Assembly: GCA_041242255.1 (NCBI GenBank)
Contig: JBESAV010000001.1
Location: forward strand, 544,001 to 608,000
DNA length: 64,000 nucleotides
Source of the DNA: Candidatus Altimarinota bacterium
Lineage (GTDB): Bacteria > Patescibacteriota > Gracilibacteria > UBA1369 > GCA-2718715
Direction: 5' to 3'
Shown here: positions 40,500 to 50,214 of the stretch, piece after piece
Position numbering within the stretch: position 1 is the first letter of the stretch
Layout: each line of letters begins with the position of its first letter
The notes under the pieces: generated by a model
What the model saw: only the letters and a program-made list of their open reading frames with translations
The model's database searches: none
Told to the model about the DNA's origin: nothing
Made by a program: the position numbers and the translations under genes

Positions 40500-41531
40500 A
40501 TGAAAAATCTACAACAAAGAGATCAAATACTGACAGGTTTCGAGCAAGAAGGATTCGCTATAGATTCAGAAGGAAAAGCGCTTCGCTTACCATCCACAAC
40601 AAACCTATTAGAACGAATCAGATATGAAATAGGTCTAGTCTACGGTTATAAATTTTCATACAACCGCCCACAACAAATCAACGACATGGTTTCAGTAGAG
40701 GAGCACTGGTTCCACATTGAAAACAAGAACCCAAAACCACTAAATGGCTATAGATCAGCCTTAGATTTATTGAACTTCCAAAAGATCCTCATCCAAGACG
40801 CACTCCAAAAACTCAACGCTACTTACGAACTCACCCCATTTCTTTCTGATACTTCATATCAAAGTACACCAGCTGACTGGACTCCAAGAGGGCATGAACT
40901 CCATACTCATTACCAGTGGTCGCCTGAAAACCTACACAGCTCAATAATCTCAGGTCTACAGATCAACCGAGGTTTCCCAACGGAGATTTTAAATCAAGGT
41001 CTACAAACGGAATACGCAATGCATCTCTACAACGCCTACCATGATCAGTTCTCTCAAATCTGCACAAACTACAATTCAGACAACCAAAGAGTAGACCATA
41101 TCGCCTCACTTTTGATGCAAGCAGACTCTTCGATCTTCACGGCAGAAGACATCCATCAATCCTACATGCCAGGTCCATTTGAAAGTACTGAAGAACTGTT
41201 TGATTACATGATCACCAAGTCTAGATACAACCCTCAAGATGGTTTTGATCCAAAGTCACTTCATTCACTATCGATCAAGCTAAAAGGGCAACCAAAGCAA
41301 GACATCCAACAATTCTCTTCAACTCACTATGAAGTAAGAATCTTAGACACCTTAGATACATTTTCTCCAGAAGGTAGAGAAAAAGTTGAAGACTTCATAC
41401 ACACAGTAGTAATACCAATCGAAGAAGCAGCCCAAAAAGCTAGCCTGACTTCATCATTTGCTGTATCTCTTCCAGACTCAGAGGAACCTCAGACATCAGA
41501 TCAAAAACCTTCTGTCCCTGCAGCTGAATAA
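40500..41531 (+). CDS. divergent glutamate-cysteine ligase (GshA/GCS-fold)-like protein
   Basis: GFEQEG, ISGLQINRGF and YEVRILD resemble GshA motifs GLERE, ISGVHYNFS and IEVRSLD. Confidence 0.6.
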   Translation: MKNLQQRDQILTGFEQEGFAIDSEGKALRLPSTTNLLERIRYEIGLVYGYKFSYNRPQQINDMVSVEEHWFHIENKNPKPLNGYRSALDLLNFQKILIQDALQKLNATYELTPFLSDTSYQSTPADWTPRGHELHTHYQWSPENLHSSIISGLQINRGFPTEILNQGLQTEYAMHLYNAYHDQFSQICTNYNSDNQRVDHIASLLMQADSSIFTAEDIHQSYMPGPFESTEELFDYMITKSRYNPQDGFDPKSLHSLSIKLKGQPKQDIQQFSSTHYEVRILDTLDTFSPEGREKVEDFIHTVVIPIEEAAQKASLTSSFAVSLPDSEEPQTSDQKPSVPAAE

Positions 41532-42720
41532 CCACATCATTCTCCAGCCTGATCCCAAAACCTTCTTCAGGTATATAGATCCCAGGCTCAACCGTTACCA
41601 CAGCCCCAGCTGGAAGCCCTACATCATATCTTCCCACATCATGCGTATCTAAACCGATATAGTGTGATGTTCCGTGCATAAAGTATTTTCTATACAATTC
41701 TGAACCACCTTCCGCAGCCACATCTGAAGCCTCCAAAAGCCCAAGCCCAACCAACTGCTCAGTCATAAGCTCTCCAACTTGGACATGATACTCATTTAAA
41801 ACCACCCCTTCCTTCAACAAATCTTTAGCACCTTCCATTACTTTAAGCACAGCCTCATATACATCAGCTTGTCTATCAGTAAATTTACCATTCACCGGCA
41901 AAGTTCGAGACAAATCAGAAGCGTAACCATTTAGCTCACACCCAAAATCCAACAACAACAAATCTCCATCCTTACATTCTCGATTATTATCTTGATAGTG
42001 CAGCACGCAATTTTTCGAACCTGAAGCCACTATACTTCCATAAGCTGGTCCAGTCGCACCACGACTTCGGAAGCCTCTAAGTATCTCAGCCTCCACCTCA
42101 TATTCCATCACACCAGGCTTAAGCATCTTACAAACATCCTTAAAAGTCTCACCTGTTATCTGGCAGGCCTTTTTCATGATCTCGATCTCAATTTTAGATT
42201 TTTTCACACGCAACTCAGCCAATAGGGGAGCCGACCTCCTAAACTCATGCCCAGGGTAATCACGTCTCAATTCCTCAGCTTTCACTTGATTTTTATTCTT
42301 CACCGAAGACCTAAACCGATTATGTTCATTCACATTCACATAGATCTTTGAAACTTCAGTTACAATCCTCCTAAACAACTTCTCAAAAGCCGAAACAGGC
42401 AAAACCTTCTCAATTCCTGAACTCTCTCGAGCTTTCTCATCCGAAGGCTCAACACCTTCCCACAAAGCCTTCTCTTCATCAAAGTCAGCAATAAACAAAT
42501 ATTCCTTCACAACCCCAGATGGATTTTTACACAAAACCAACACAGCCTCCTCATCCAAAACCCCAGTCAGGTAATACAAATCCGAGTTCTGCCTATAATC
42601 AAAAAACATATCCGCCGACTTCGGAAACTTAAAGTTCCCCCAAAACACAGCCACCGAATCCTCCTCCATCTTCGAAGCAAACCTCTCTCTATTCCCTACA
42701 AATAAATCTGAATTAAACAT
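41440..42720 (-). CDS. pepP: Xaa-Pro aminopeptidase (M24B)
   Basis: VLHY, LLDFG, YASDLSRT, HGTSHYIGLDTHD, TVEPGIY, GIRLENDV. Confidence 0.95.
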   Translation of the reverse strand: MFNSDLFVGNRERFASKMEEDSVAVFWGNFKFPKSADMFFDYRQNSDLYYLTGVLDEEAVLVLCKNPSGVVKEYLFIADFDEEKALWEGVEPSDEKARESSGIEKVLPVSAFEKLFRRIVTEVSKIYVNVNEHNRFRSSVKNKNQVKAEELRRDYPGHEFRRSAPLLAELRVKKSKIEIEIMKKACQITGETFKDVCKMLKPGVMEYEVEAEILRGFRSRGATGPAYGSIVASGSKNCVLHYQDNNRECKDGDLLLLDFGCELNGYASDLSRTLPVNGKFTDRQADVYEAVLKVMEGAKDLLKEGVVLNEYHVQVGELMTEQLVGLGLLEASDVAAEGGSELYRKYFMHGTSHYIGLDTHDVGRYDVGLPAGAVVTVEPGIYIPEEGFGIRLENDVVIQLQGQKVFDLMSEVPLSLEEIQQMMKSG

Positions 42721-42890
42721 TCTATTTTCTAAATATAATTAAACACATCATACTAAAAAATTAGCACAAATATCTAGAAAGATATATACTTATCAGGCTT
42801 ACTGTAAGTTTTACTCCTCTTCTAAAAGTAAAGTGCTTTTTTGTTTAATCTCAAGCCCAGCTAAAGTTAATTTTATTTCCTTCTAAAAAA

Positions 42891-42915
42891 CCCTTCTACA
42901 CTAATGTAGAAGGGG
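42891..42915 (-). terminator. hairpin terminator
   Basis: cccttctaca-ctaa-tgtagaaggg with an A-run on the left (U-tract on the minus strand). Confidence 0.7.
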
Positions 42916-42936
42916 AATGTCATTTAGGAAAGTATC

Positions 42937-43215
42937 TCAGTTGATTACATCCGGGTCAAAGTCTTCGAGATATTCCTCGTAGACATCGGACTTCATGGCT
43001 TTAATTTCACGATCAATCTCGTCAGATTTTGCGAACTGCTTGTCGCTTTCCTTTCTTAAGTCCTCTATTTCTTCGTTCACGAGAAGAAAAAACAATGCCG
43101 TTTTCTCTAATTCCTCCCTCGACATTTTCCGAACTCTCTCTTGGAACTCGACTTTTTTGTCAGATTCCATCGAGTCAATTTTTCCTTGAAGGAATGCTTT
43201 TCTTTTCTCGTCCAT
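42937..43215 (-). CDS. small acidic coiled-coil hypothetical protein
   Basis: Strong SD AGGAGGT; promoter TTGACA-16-TATTAT at 43286-43313; downstream terminator. Confidence 0.7.
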   Translation of the reverse strand: MDEKRKAFLQGKIDSMESDKKVEFQERVRKMSREELEKTALFFLLVNEEIEDLRKESDKQFAKSDEIDREIKAMKSDVYEEYLEDFDPDVIN

Positions 43216-43309
43216 GACACCTCCTTTGTAGTTATATTTAGCTCACCCAATGTGACTAATATATAAACTACTTTATGACTCAGGTATAATAGCCTTCAAT
43301 TCTCATTTG

Positions 43310-44365
43310 TCAAGCTCCAGCCTTCAACCTCGGCCTAACCCTGCTCTTATATACCTTCATATCCCCATCTTTACCTGAACCAGCCGCCTCTTTTCTCAAT
43401 TTTAATTGCTCTTCAAAAGGTAGCTCCAAAACAGCCTTACATTCGTCAGTACAACATCCATTCATCTTCTCGGCACATTCAGCACATTGTATAAACAAGA
43501 GGTGACACGCATCATTCTTACAATTCGTATGATCATCGCAAGGTTTCCCACATTGGTGACAATTACTCAAAATATCATCTGTGATCTTCTCACCAAGTCT
43601 TTCATCAAATACAAAGTTCTTACCCTTGTACTTACAATCCAAACCTTGCTCGTTTACTTCATGGGCGTATTGGATGATTCCACCTTTTAACTGATTCACA
43701 TCCTTAAACCCTTTATGCTTAAAGTAAGCAGATGCTTTTTCACATCTTATTCCACCAGTACAATATAATAGAATTTTCTCATCTTTTTTATCTGCAAACT
43801 CTTCCTCAACTTTAGGAAGCAACTCTCTAAAAGTATCAGCATCCGGACAGTGAGCACCTTCAAAATGCCCAACCTCAGTCTCATAATGATTTCTCATATC
43901 AATCACAATCGCACCTTCCTCAATAGCTTTATTATACTCCTTAGCGCTAAGGTGATTTCCCACATCAGTCACATCAAAAGTCTCATCATTAAGTCCATCC
44001 GCAACAATCTTTTCTCTTATCTTAATAGCTAACTTATAGAAAGATTTCCCATCATCCTCAACCGCAATCTTGAAAGGAATCCCTTTCATATCTTTATCTC
44101 CATCAAGATATTCACGCAACTCATCAACTCTATCAGACGGCAAACTTATCTGGGCATTTATCCCTTCATTTGCTACATAGATTCTCCCCAGCATTCCAAG
44201 TTTCCCAAAATCCTTCATCAATCTCTCTTGAAAAGCTTCTACATCTTCAACATGAAAATACCTATAAAAAGAAATTGTCGTCCGATCTTCCTGAGATTCC
44301 TGCATTCTTTGTTTTAATACCTCTCTGGGCACAAATTTTTCTTTCTTCTTTCTAGACATATACAT
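43310..44365 (-). CDS. trhO: oxygen-dependent tRNA U34 hydroxylase TrhO (YceA/UPF0176 rhodanese)
   Basis: GRIYVANEGINAQIS, DMRNHYETEVGHF, YCTGGIRCEKAS, GKNFVFDER, Cys-rich C-terminus. Confidence 0.93.
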   Translation of the reverse strand: MYMSRKKKEKFVPREVLKQRMQESQEDRTTISFYRYFHVEDVEAFQERLMKDFGKLGMLGRIYVANEGINAQISLPSDRVDELREYLDGDKDMKGIPFKIAVEDDGKSFYKLAIKIREKIVADGLNDETFDVTDVGNHLSAKEYNKAIEEGAIVIDMRNHYETEVGHFEGAHCPDADTFRELLPKVEEEFADKKDEKILLYCTGGIRCEKASAYFKHKGFKDVNQLKGGIIQYAHEVNEQGLDCKYKGKNFVFDERLGEKITDDILSNCHQCGKPCDDHTNCKNDACHLLFIQCAECAEKMNGCCTDECKAVLELPFEEQLKLRKEAAGSGKDGDMKVYKSRVRPRLKAGA

Positions 44366-44421
44366 AAGTTATTAACTGTTGTCCAATATACACTATCGTC
44401 CATCAGAATCAACCAAACCTA

Positions 44422-45117
44422 TTAGCCTCCAATAATATTCTTATAGTTTAAAACCATACGCTCAAAGTAAATATCTAGTATCTTTTGCCCAACCTCTTTA
44501 TCAATTCTCCACTCTGGATGATTATCAGCAATCCCATCCTTAGACTTCAGAGATAAATCATCTTCACTAAAAGGTTCCTCTATCTTAACTTTTCTATAAT
44601 CATCCTTAGGTCTCACCACAAGTTTCTCATCGATAGCAAGCATATTACATATCTCAGTATTTCCAGCATGGTCATCGCATGGACCATCAATCAGTCCTTC
44701 AATTTTTTTATCATCTTGATCATCAAAAACTTCTAGCAAGAAAATATTTTTTAGTTCACTTTCCTTCATAAACTCTAATACATAAGGTTCGTTATGATGA
44801 AAAGTTGTGATAAGTATCTTATTAGCTACGTCTTTTAAAGAAAAACATATATCTCTTAAAACCAATTTTAATGTATTAGCCCTAAGGTAGACAGTTCCAG
44901 GAAAACCAGCGTGTTCTTCAGACCTTGAAAACTCCATTGTAGGCAAAACAACCAAGTCAGGATCAATCGATTCTAGTCGCTCTACCAAGTGGTCAATAAT
45001 ATAAGTATCAGTACCAAAAGGAATAAAAGGGCCATGTTGCTCAGTTGCCCCCAGCACAATCAAAAAATCAAATTTCTTATCGTTCATTTCAACTAGTCTC
45101 ATATCTTTCAACCTCAT
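44422..45117 (-). CDS. creatininase/creatinine amidohydrolase family protein
   Basis: GATEQHGPFIPFGTD, SEEHAGFPGT, DHAGNTE. Confidence 0.88.
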   Translation of the reverse strand: MRLKDMRLVEMNDKKFDFLIVLGATEQHGPFIPFGTDTYIIDHLVERLESIDPDLVVLPTMEFSRSEEHAGFPGTVYLRANTLKLVLRDICFSLKDVANKILITTFHHNEPYVLEFMKESELKNIFLLEVFDDQDDKKIEGLIDGPCDDHAGNTEICNMLAIDEKLVVRPKDDYRKVKIEEPFSEDDLSLKSKDGIADNHPEWRIDKEVGQKILDIYFERMVLNYKNIIGG

Positions 45118-45189
45118 AGCAATAAATTATCAACATTAATACTAATCTACCAAAAAACTAAATATCTTTAAACAAACAACACCAACAAC

Positions 45190-46422
45190 TTATATCTTCC
45201 TCATTATACTCCTCACACTCTCCTCAGCCTTCTTATCGCCAAGCTTCTTAGCCAAAAAAAGTAATCGTTTATAAGTACTCTTATATTTCCTTGCTCCTTT
45301 GACTGTATCTACATCGTCAACTTTGGCATACAAATACTCAAACTCTTTCCCATATACGTACTTGATCAACTCTTTATCCCCAAGCTTGCGAGCCTCTGCC
45401 ATCCCTTTCTTCCAGTTCCTTTTTTTAGCCAGATCTACTATATATTCTCGACGAACCTGCTCTTCAATTTCTTCCAAACCACCTTTATGAGCCACACGAA
45501 TAGCTTTTTTATATTTCTTCAAACCCAACAACCAAACCACCTCATTGTGGTAAGCCATCCTTTCTAAGTCCTCAGCTTGAGCTAATCTAAAATGTTTCCT
45601 AGCCTGATCCCATTTCCTTGAATTCATGTAAAAAATCCCCATATTTTTGTAAGTAACAATCAAGTTTTTCTCGACAATCTCTGCCTCCACCTCAAACATT
45701 GCAGCTACAGCCTGCATTTTAGCAGTATTTACTTCTGATACATCCCATTTTTTCTCAGATGGATCAGTAATATCTAAAAGATTTATAGCTAATATATTCT
45801 CACAATCCACCAAATAACCTTTATCCTTATAATCCTTAAAGGTCCCGTTAGTCGCCTCATAATCCAACCCATGAATATGCAAGCAAACATGATTAGGTAA
45901 GACTCTTATCTCCAGATCCTCCACATCTCCTACAATAGCAAACATCCCCACATAGAATGTCACAATCTGATTACAGTCTCCAATCATCTTCATTCCTTCT
46001 TCTCCATACCTTGCTGGGAAAAGTTTCCAAAAAGCTGAAGATTCCCGGTATTTATATCTTCCTTTCAAAAACTCTCCTATCATCATCAGTTTCCATACAT
46101 CCTGCTCTTCTTTCTCATTCACCAGACGTTCAGGTACCGTCATTTCCACTTTCTCAGCATCGTATGGGTGCTTCTCCATCCATTCTAAAAAATCTTCTTC
46201 AATGAGCTCTGCCACCTCATACATTTTCCTTCGCTTTGACTTCTTCAAAAAACGATAACCTTTGTACTTATATTCCAGCCAGATTGCCGTCTCAAACGGA
46301 AACTCAAAAAACAAATCCACCAATCTCTCCCTATACCTACTATTCGATTTTCCAAGTTTAACTTTGCTCAAAACCTTATCAACTCTCTTTTCAATCTTAT
46401 TTTCATAAACCGACAAAAACAT
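45190..46422 (-). CDS. transglutaminase-like (Cys-His-Glu) domain + TPR-like repeats protein
   Basis: GDCNQ..., PNHVCLH, YEATNG, then helical repeats. Start moved to MFLSVY to avoid overlap with the upstream gene. Confidence 0.6.
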   Translation of the reverse strand: MFLSVYENKIEKRVDKVLSKVKLGKSNSRYRERLVDLFFEFPFETAIWLEYKYKGYRFLKKSKRRKMYEVAELIEEDFLEWMEKHPYDAEKVEMTVPERLVNEKEEQDVWKLMMIGEFLKGRYKYRESSAFWKLFPARYGEEGMKMIGDCNQIVTFYVGMFAIVGDVEDLEIRVLPNHVCLHIHGLDYEATNGTFKDYKDKGYLVDCENILAINLLDITDPSEKKWDVSEVNTAKMQAVAAMFEVEAEIVEKNLIVTYKNMGIFYMNSRKWDQARKHFRLAQAEDLERMAYHNEVVWLLGLKKYKKAIRVAHKGGLEEIEEQVRREYIVDLAKKRNWKKGMAEARKLGDKELIKYVYGKEFEYLYAKVDDVDTVKGARKYKSTYKRLLFLAKKLGDKKAEESVRSIMRKI

Positions 46423-46447
46423 ACAATCCAAAATTAAGTCATCCAAA

Positions 46448-46690
46448 CTACCGGTGCTTACACCCAGGCCAACAACATGGCCTCCTCTTTCCATTAGCAA
46501 GCTCTTCAATGCCCCAGTGCAATCTCTTCTCACGAGTCTCAGCCTTTTTAGCATCTGTCATCCAGCAAATCCACTCATTCCGAGCTAGGGGAGTGATGTC
46601 TTCCCAAGTTTTTAAAGCAAGTGGACTTCTAATCAAAGCCTCCTCAAGCGCCTCATACATATCATGTACCACTCCTCCTTCTAATTTCAT
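46448..46690 (-). CDS. YdeI/OmpD-associated family protein
   Basis: WEDITPLARNEWICWMTDAKKAETREKR...RPCCWPGC. Confidence 0.85.
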   Translation of the reverse strand: MKLEGGVVHDMYEALEEALIRSPLALKTWEDITPLARNEWICWMTDAKKAETREKRLHWGIEELANGKRRPCCWPGCKHR

Positions 46691-46734
46691 ACTGATGATT
46701 ACTGAGTCTTATTATACATAAAATTTGTACAATA

Positions 46735-46759
46735 AAAAAAGAAGCTTTCGCTTCTTTTT
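46735..46759. terminator. bidirectional terminator
   Basis: aaaaaagaagc-tttc-gcttcttttt. Confidence 0.75.
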
Positions 46760-46771
46760 CCTTCACATCAA

Positions 46772-47083
46772 TCATTCATCATTAGTTCCTTTGGTCTTTT
46801 CAAAATGAACCAATGGACCAATATCAATAACTGGTGAGTTATCTGACTTTGGTTCGTTCATGTTATCAGGCTTACTATATCCTTGAGAATCAGTTTGATT
46901 CTCAAAAGATTTTGCAATTAAAAGCAAAAACCAAGCACTGAGAATTCCCATTGTTACTAATAATACTGTTTTGATGAACGCCTTATACTCTGGGAAAACT
47001 CTCAGAGTAATGATTGCGCACACCAATACCACAATTAGTAAGGCCGCAGTACGCATGACCTTTGGAACGTTTAGTTCTTTCAT
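46772..47083 (-). CDS. small two-TM membrane protein
   Basis: SD GGAG; two hydrophobic helices; TTGACA-17-TTTAAT upstream. Confidence 0.65.
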   Translation of the reverse strand: MKELNVPKVMRTAALLIVVLVCAIITLRVFPEYKAFIKTVLLVTMGILSAWFLLLIAKSFENQTDSQGYSKPDNMNEPKSDNSPVIDIGPLVHFEKTKGTNDE

Positions 47084-47232
47084 ACCAATGTCTCCCCATG
47101 ATGTTTAGGATCGCGACTCTCATGATCATAACCAATGCATGTCACAAGAATACAAACCTATTAAAGCGCTATAAGTGGAGTATGTCAAGTGTTGTGCTAA
47201 ATTAAAAACACCATCCTTGGTGCTAATTTGAG

Positions 47233-47309
47233 TGGTGCGCGATGAGAGATTCGAACTCCCGACCCCCTGGGTGTAAACCAGATGCTCTAGCCAGCTGAGC
47301 TAATCGCGC
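47233..47309 (-). tRNA. tRNA-Val(TAC)
   Basis: GCGCGATTAGCTCAGCTGGCTAGAGCATCTGGTTTACACCCAGGGGGTCGGGAGTTCGAATCTCTCATCGCGCACCA. Confidence 0.97.
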
Positions 47310-47426
47310 ATTTGATATTTCAAACTGTTATAAACAGTGTTTGTATTTAATCAGAGCAACCTACAAAAATCAAGTCAAAAATAAAGACCACCTTTACCAG
47401 GTGGCCTTGTCGGTAAACTTATCTTC

Positions 47427-47528
47427 TTACCTCCTTAACTCTTTAACGATCTGAACAATTATCTCAAGTGGCACTTTATCCTCAAGCATAGCCACCACCA
47501 TACAGAAAATTGCTACTTCATCTTTCAC
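47427..47528 (-). CDS. unannotated 33-aa peptide
   Basis: GTG start after SD GAGGTGA; MKDEVAIFCMVVAMLEDKVPLEIIVQIVKELRR*; promoter TTGACA-16-TATAAT (47589-47616); hairpin at about 47384-47408. Confidence 0.6.
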   Translation of the reverse strand: MKDEVAIFCMVVAMLEDKVPLEIIVQIVKELRR

Positions 47529-47622
47529 GATAGGTTCACCTCAATGAACAGTTTTCACTTACTTGGAAAGAAAAACTCTTACCCAAGAATTATATTTTAC
47601 ATAAGTTATATGTCAAGTAGCT

Positions 47623-48705
47623 CTATTCAGCCAGCTGATACTTATCTTGCCCAACCCTCTCAAACTGAGGTTTATTTTTCAAGTTCAATAAAATTGTAAT
47701 TCTCTTAACTTGTCTCCTTTCTAAGACACGAGCTACAATCTCATTTCTACCAAGTGGAGCCTCATCTTTTAAGATGTTTTCAATAACATCAGCAACAGTT
47801 CCTTCTTTATAACCCCATTCTGATAGTGCATAGATACCTCTACCAATCAAAACAAACCCATCAAATCTAATCAACTCATTATGAACCGCTTGAGTATTGA
47901 TCTTCTTCTCATCGAAAGGAAGCTTCTGGATCTTTTCAGCAATCTCAACGTAATGCATAGGTTTTTCCATATCTCTCATTACATAGAAAATCTTATCTCT
48001 AAGTGTTTTCGGATTTATATGTCTCCAAGAAGAAAGCCCAACCGACTTATCACCAAGAACCAAAAGTCTTCTGTCTAAATCCAAAGCAGAAATAACAAAC
48101 TCAGGAGTAAGACTAAACCCCTCAATCTTAACTTCATTAATAATCGCTGAAGTAACCTCACCCTTAGTCATAACTTCTTTTCTCTTTTTCAGTAATTTAT
48201 ACCCAGCAGCACAAACCTTCTTAATGTAGGCGCCCTTAATACCTTTTTTCTTCCAATGCGGTTTGTATTGAATAGTGTTGTGTACTCTTACAAGTTCTTT
48301 TTCTAGATCAATAGTTAACTTTAAACTTTCTTCATCAGTATTTAAACATTCACCTTTTACTTTCATCTCTTCCACCATTCTTCTTTCAGAAACCAAACCA
48401 CCAAAGTTATCAATCAACTTTACTGCTAAATCAGTGACATAAAACAGGTCGGTATTATTTACATTTCTTTCTAATTTTCGGAGTGCATTTTTCTCAATCT
48501 GCCTTATTCTCTCTCTTGTTACGTTATATTTTTGTCCAATCTTTTCAAGTGTTTGTCTAGGGTTGTCATTTAAACTAAATCTATTTTCAATAATATACTT
48601 CTCTTTTTCAGATAATACGATCATTAAGCCATTTATAAGGTCTGAGACTTGTTCTAAACTATCGGAATAACTCATAATTTTTGTTTTCGTTAAACTATAA
48701 TTCAT
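47623..48705 (-). CDS. sigma70 region-4 HTH + HARE-HTH protein, copy 2
   Basis: TLEKIGQKYNVTRERIRQIE; PMHYVEIA; AVHNELI..FVLIGRGIYALSEWGY. Confidence 0.88.
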   Translation of the reverse strand: MNYSLTKTKIMSYSDSLEQVSDLINGLMIVLSEKEKYIIENRFSLNDNPRQTLEKIGQKYNVTRERIRQIEKNALRKLERNVNNTDLFYVTDLAVKLIDNFGGLVSERRMVEEMKVKGECLNTDEESLKLTIDLEKELVRVHNTIQYKPHWKKKGIKGAYIKKVCAAGYKLLKKRKEVMTKGEVTSAIINEVKIEGFSLTPEFVISALDLDRRLLVLGDKSVGLSSWRHINPKTLRDKIFYVMRDMEKPMHYVEIAEKIQKLPFDEKKINTQAVHNELIRFDGFVLIGRGIYALSEWGYKEGTVADVIENILKDEAPLGRNEIVARVLERRQVKRITILLNLKNKPQFERVGQDKYQLAE

Positions 48706-48762
48706 TTGCAGTAACCATTATAAAAAACTGCCCCCTTTTCGCAATGCTGAAATGACGTCTAT

Positions 48763-49323
48763 TTATACATTTTGAAGAAAAAATTTCACCACATCTTCCT
48801 CTTTTTGCACATTTTTTGGAAGACTCGAAAGCACTTCTTTAACCTGTTTTTGAGTGTAGCCAAGTCCAATTAGGCCTGTCATAATATTGTCAGAAATATT
48901 GGAATGTTTCCTGCTTAAATTCAATGTTGACGGAAGAGTGTTTTGCAATTCTAAGATAATCCTCTCAGCACCTTTTTTCCCTAATCCATGGGCTTTACTC
49001 AGAAATTTGACGTCCTGAGCTTTGATTGCATCCATAACCTCCGCAACACCGAGTTGCAGTATTGACAAAGCTGTCTTTGATCCTACTCCTTTAACTGATC
49101 TCAATTTCACAAACAAAGTCTGCCCACTTTTAATAGCAAACCCATACAGATCAAATGCATCTTCTCGAATCACACTTTCAATAAAGAAGGCCTTCTTCTG
49201 TTCCTCGGCACATTCCACCAAATCACTTTGAATCAAATAAACCCTATAACCAATTCCATTCACTCCAAGAATAATAGAGTCTTCCTCCACAAACTTCACC
49301 ACACCCTCTAGATAAGCAATCAT
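48763..49323 (-). CDS. ruvA: Holliday junction branch migration protein RuvA
   Basis: MIAYLEG, GIGY, IREDAFDLYGF, VKGVGSKTALSIL, GLGKKGAERIILEL, LGY. Confidence 0.95.
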   Translation of the reverse strand: MIAYLEGVVKFVEEDSIILGVNGIGYRVYLIQSDLVECAEEQKKAFFIESVIREDAFDLYGFAIKSGQTLFVKLRSVKGVGSKTALSILQLGVAEVMDAIKAQDVKFLSKAHGLGKKGAERIILELQNTLPSTLNLSRKHSNISDNIMTGLIGLGYTQKQVKEVLSSLPKNVQKEEDVVKFFLQNV

Positions 49324-49393
49324 ATCCCATATTAAATCTGCTCAAATTCTATCACAAAAAAACTCCACCTAGAAAACAACCTCCTAACCAAAC

Positions 49394-49762
49394 TTAACTC
49401 TTTTTAATTCCCATCCTAACTTCATCCATAATCTTCATAATCTTATCTTCTCCCAACAATTCATACGATCTCTCCCAAATCTTCTCCTCACTTTCATCAT
49501 ATTCATAAAACCCTTCAAATTCGGTAAGTCTTTTCTTCCCATACAGACACACAGCTACCAAAAGCATTACTAAGAACCAACCATATTCCTGATATTCAAC
49601 CACTTCCTCCATCTCAACAAGATTCGCAAACAACAAGCTAGGCACAACCCCTAACCCAATCAATAAACATAAGTTAACTAACACTTCAAATATGAACTGC
49701 CTCTCCCCAATCTCAATCCGAACAACCTCCAATACCTCTTTCTCAAAATTCTCCATAAACAA
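49394..49762 (-). CDS. small membrane protein
   Basis: Two TM helices, 122 aa. Confidence 0.55.
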   Translation of the reverse strand: MFMENFEKEVLEVVRIEIGERQFIFEVLVNLCLLIGLGVVPSLLFANLVEMEEVVEYQEYGWFLVMLLVAVCLYGKKRLTEFEGFYEYDESEEKIWERSYELLGEDKIMKIMDEVRMGIKKS

Positions 49763-49836
49763 AATTAAATCTCACAACAATATTCAAAATAAAAAGAAAA
49801 CCAACTCAGCAAATGCCCAGTTGGTCGCGCTCGTTG

Positions 49837-50076
49837 TCATACGGGAAATGAGCCATACTCTGGTTCTGGGGGAACCCGAATCGTATATCCGTTGACTGGA
49901 TCCCCCGACAAAACTTCTCCACCTGATACTATGATTGCTTCTAAGCAATTAGCAACACCATAGTAATCTTCTTCACTAAGGTAGTTTTGGAGGCTTCTGA
50001 AAACCTCCTTCCTTTCGTCAACTGGAAGATGTGAATGACCTTTTGTAACAATGTAGACAGCCATACAGGCCTCCAA
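49837..50076 (-). CDS. small hypothetical protein
   Basis: SD GGAGG before internal MAVY; promoter TTGACA-16-TATGAT (50146-50173); hairpin at about 49800-49825. Confidence 0.55.
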   Translation of the reverse strand: MEACMAVYIVTKGHSHLPVDERKEVFRSLQNYLSEEDYYGVANCLEAIIVSGGEVLSGDPVNGYTIRVPPEPEYGSFPV

Positions 50077-50214
50077 TTTTAGTGTTTTATTTTAGCACTG
50101 AGCCTACCTCAGACTAAAATATAAACATTTTTAATGAGCTCGTTTATCATACTGGTTAAGTTGAATATGTCAAGTTATAGTGAACAGCCTAAACATACAT
50201 ACTCATGCCTTCAA

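Noticed and set aside
46423-46554. N-terminal extension of ORF 45190-46554
   Set aside because: Overlaps the well-supported YdeI/OmpD gene on the same strand in another frame.
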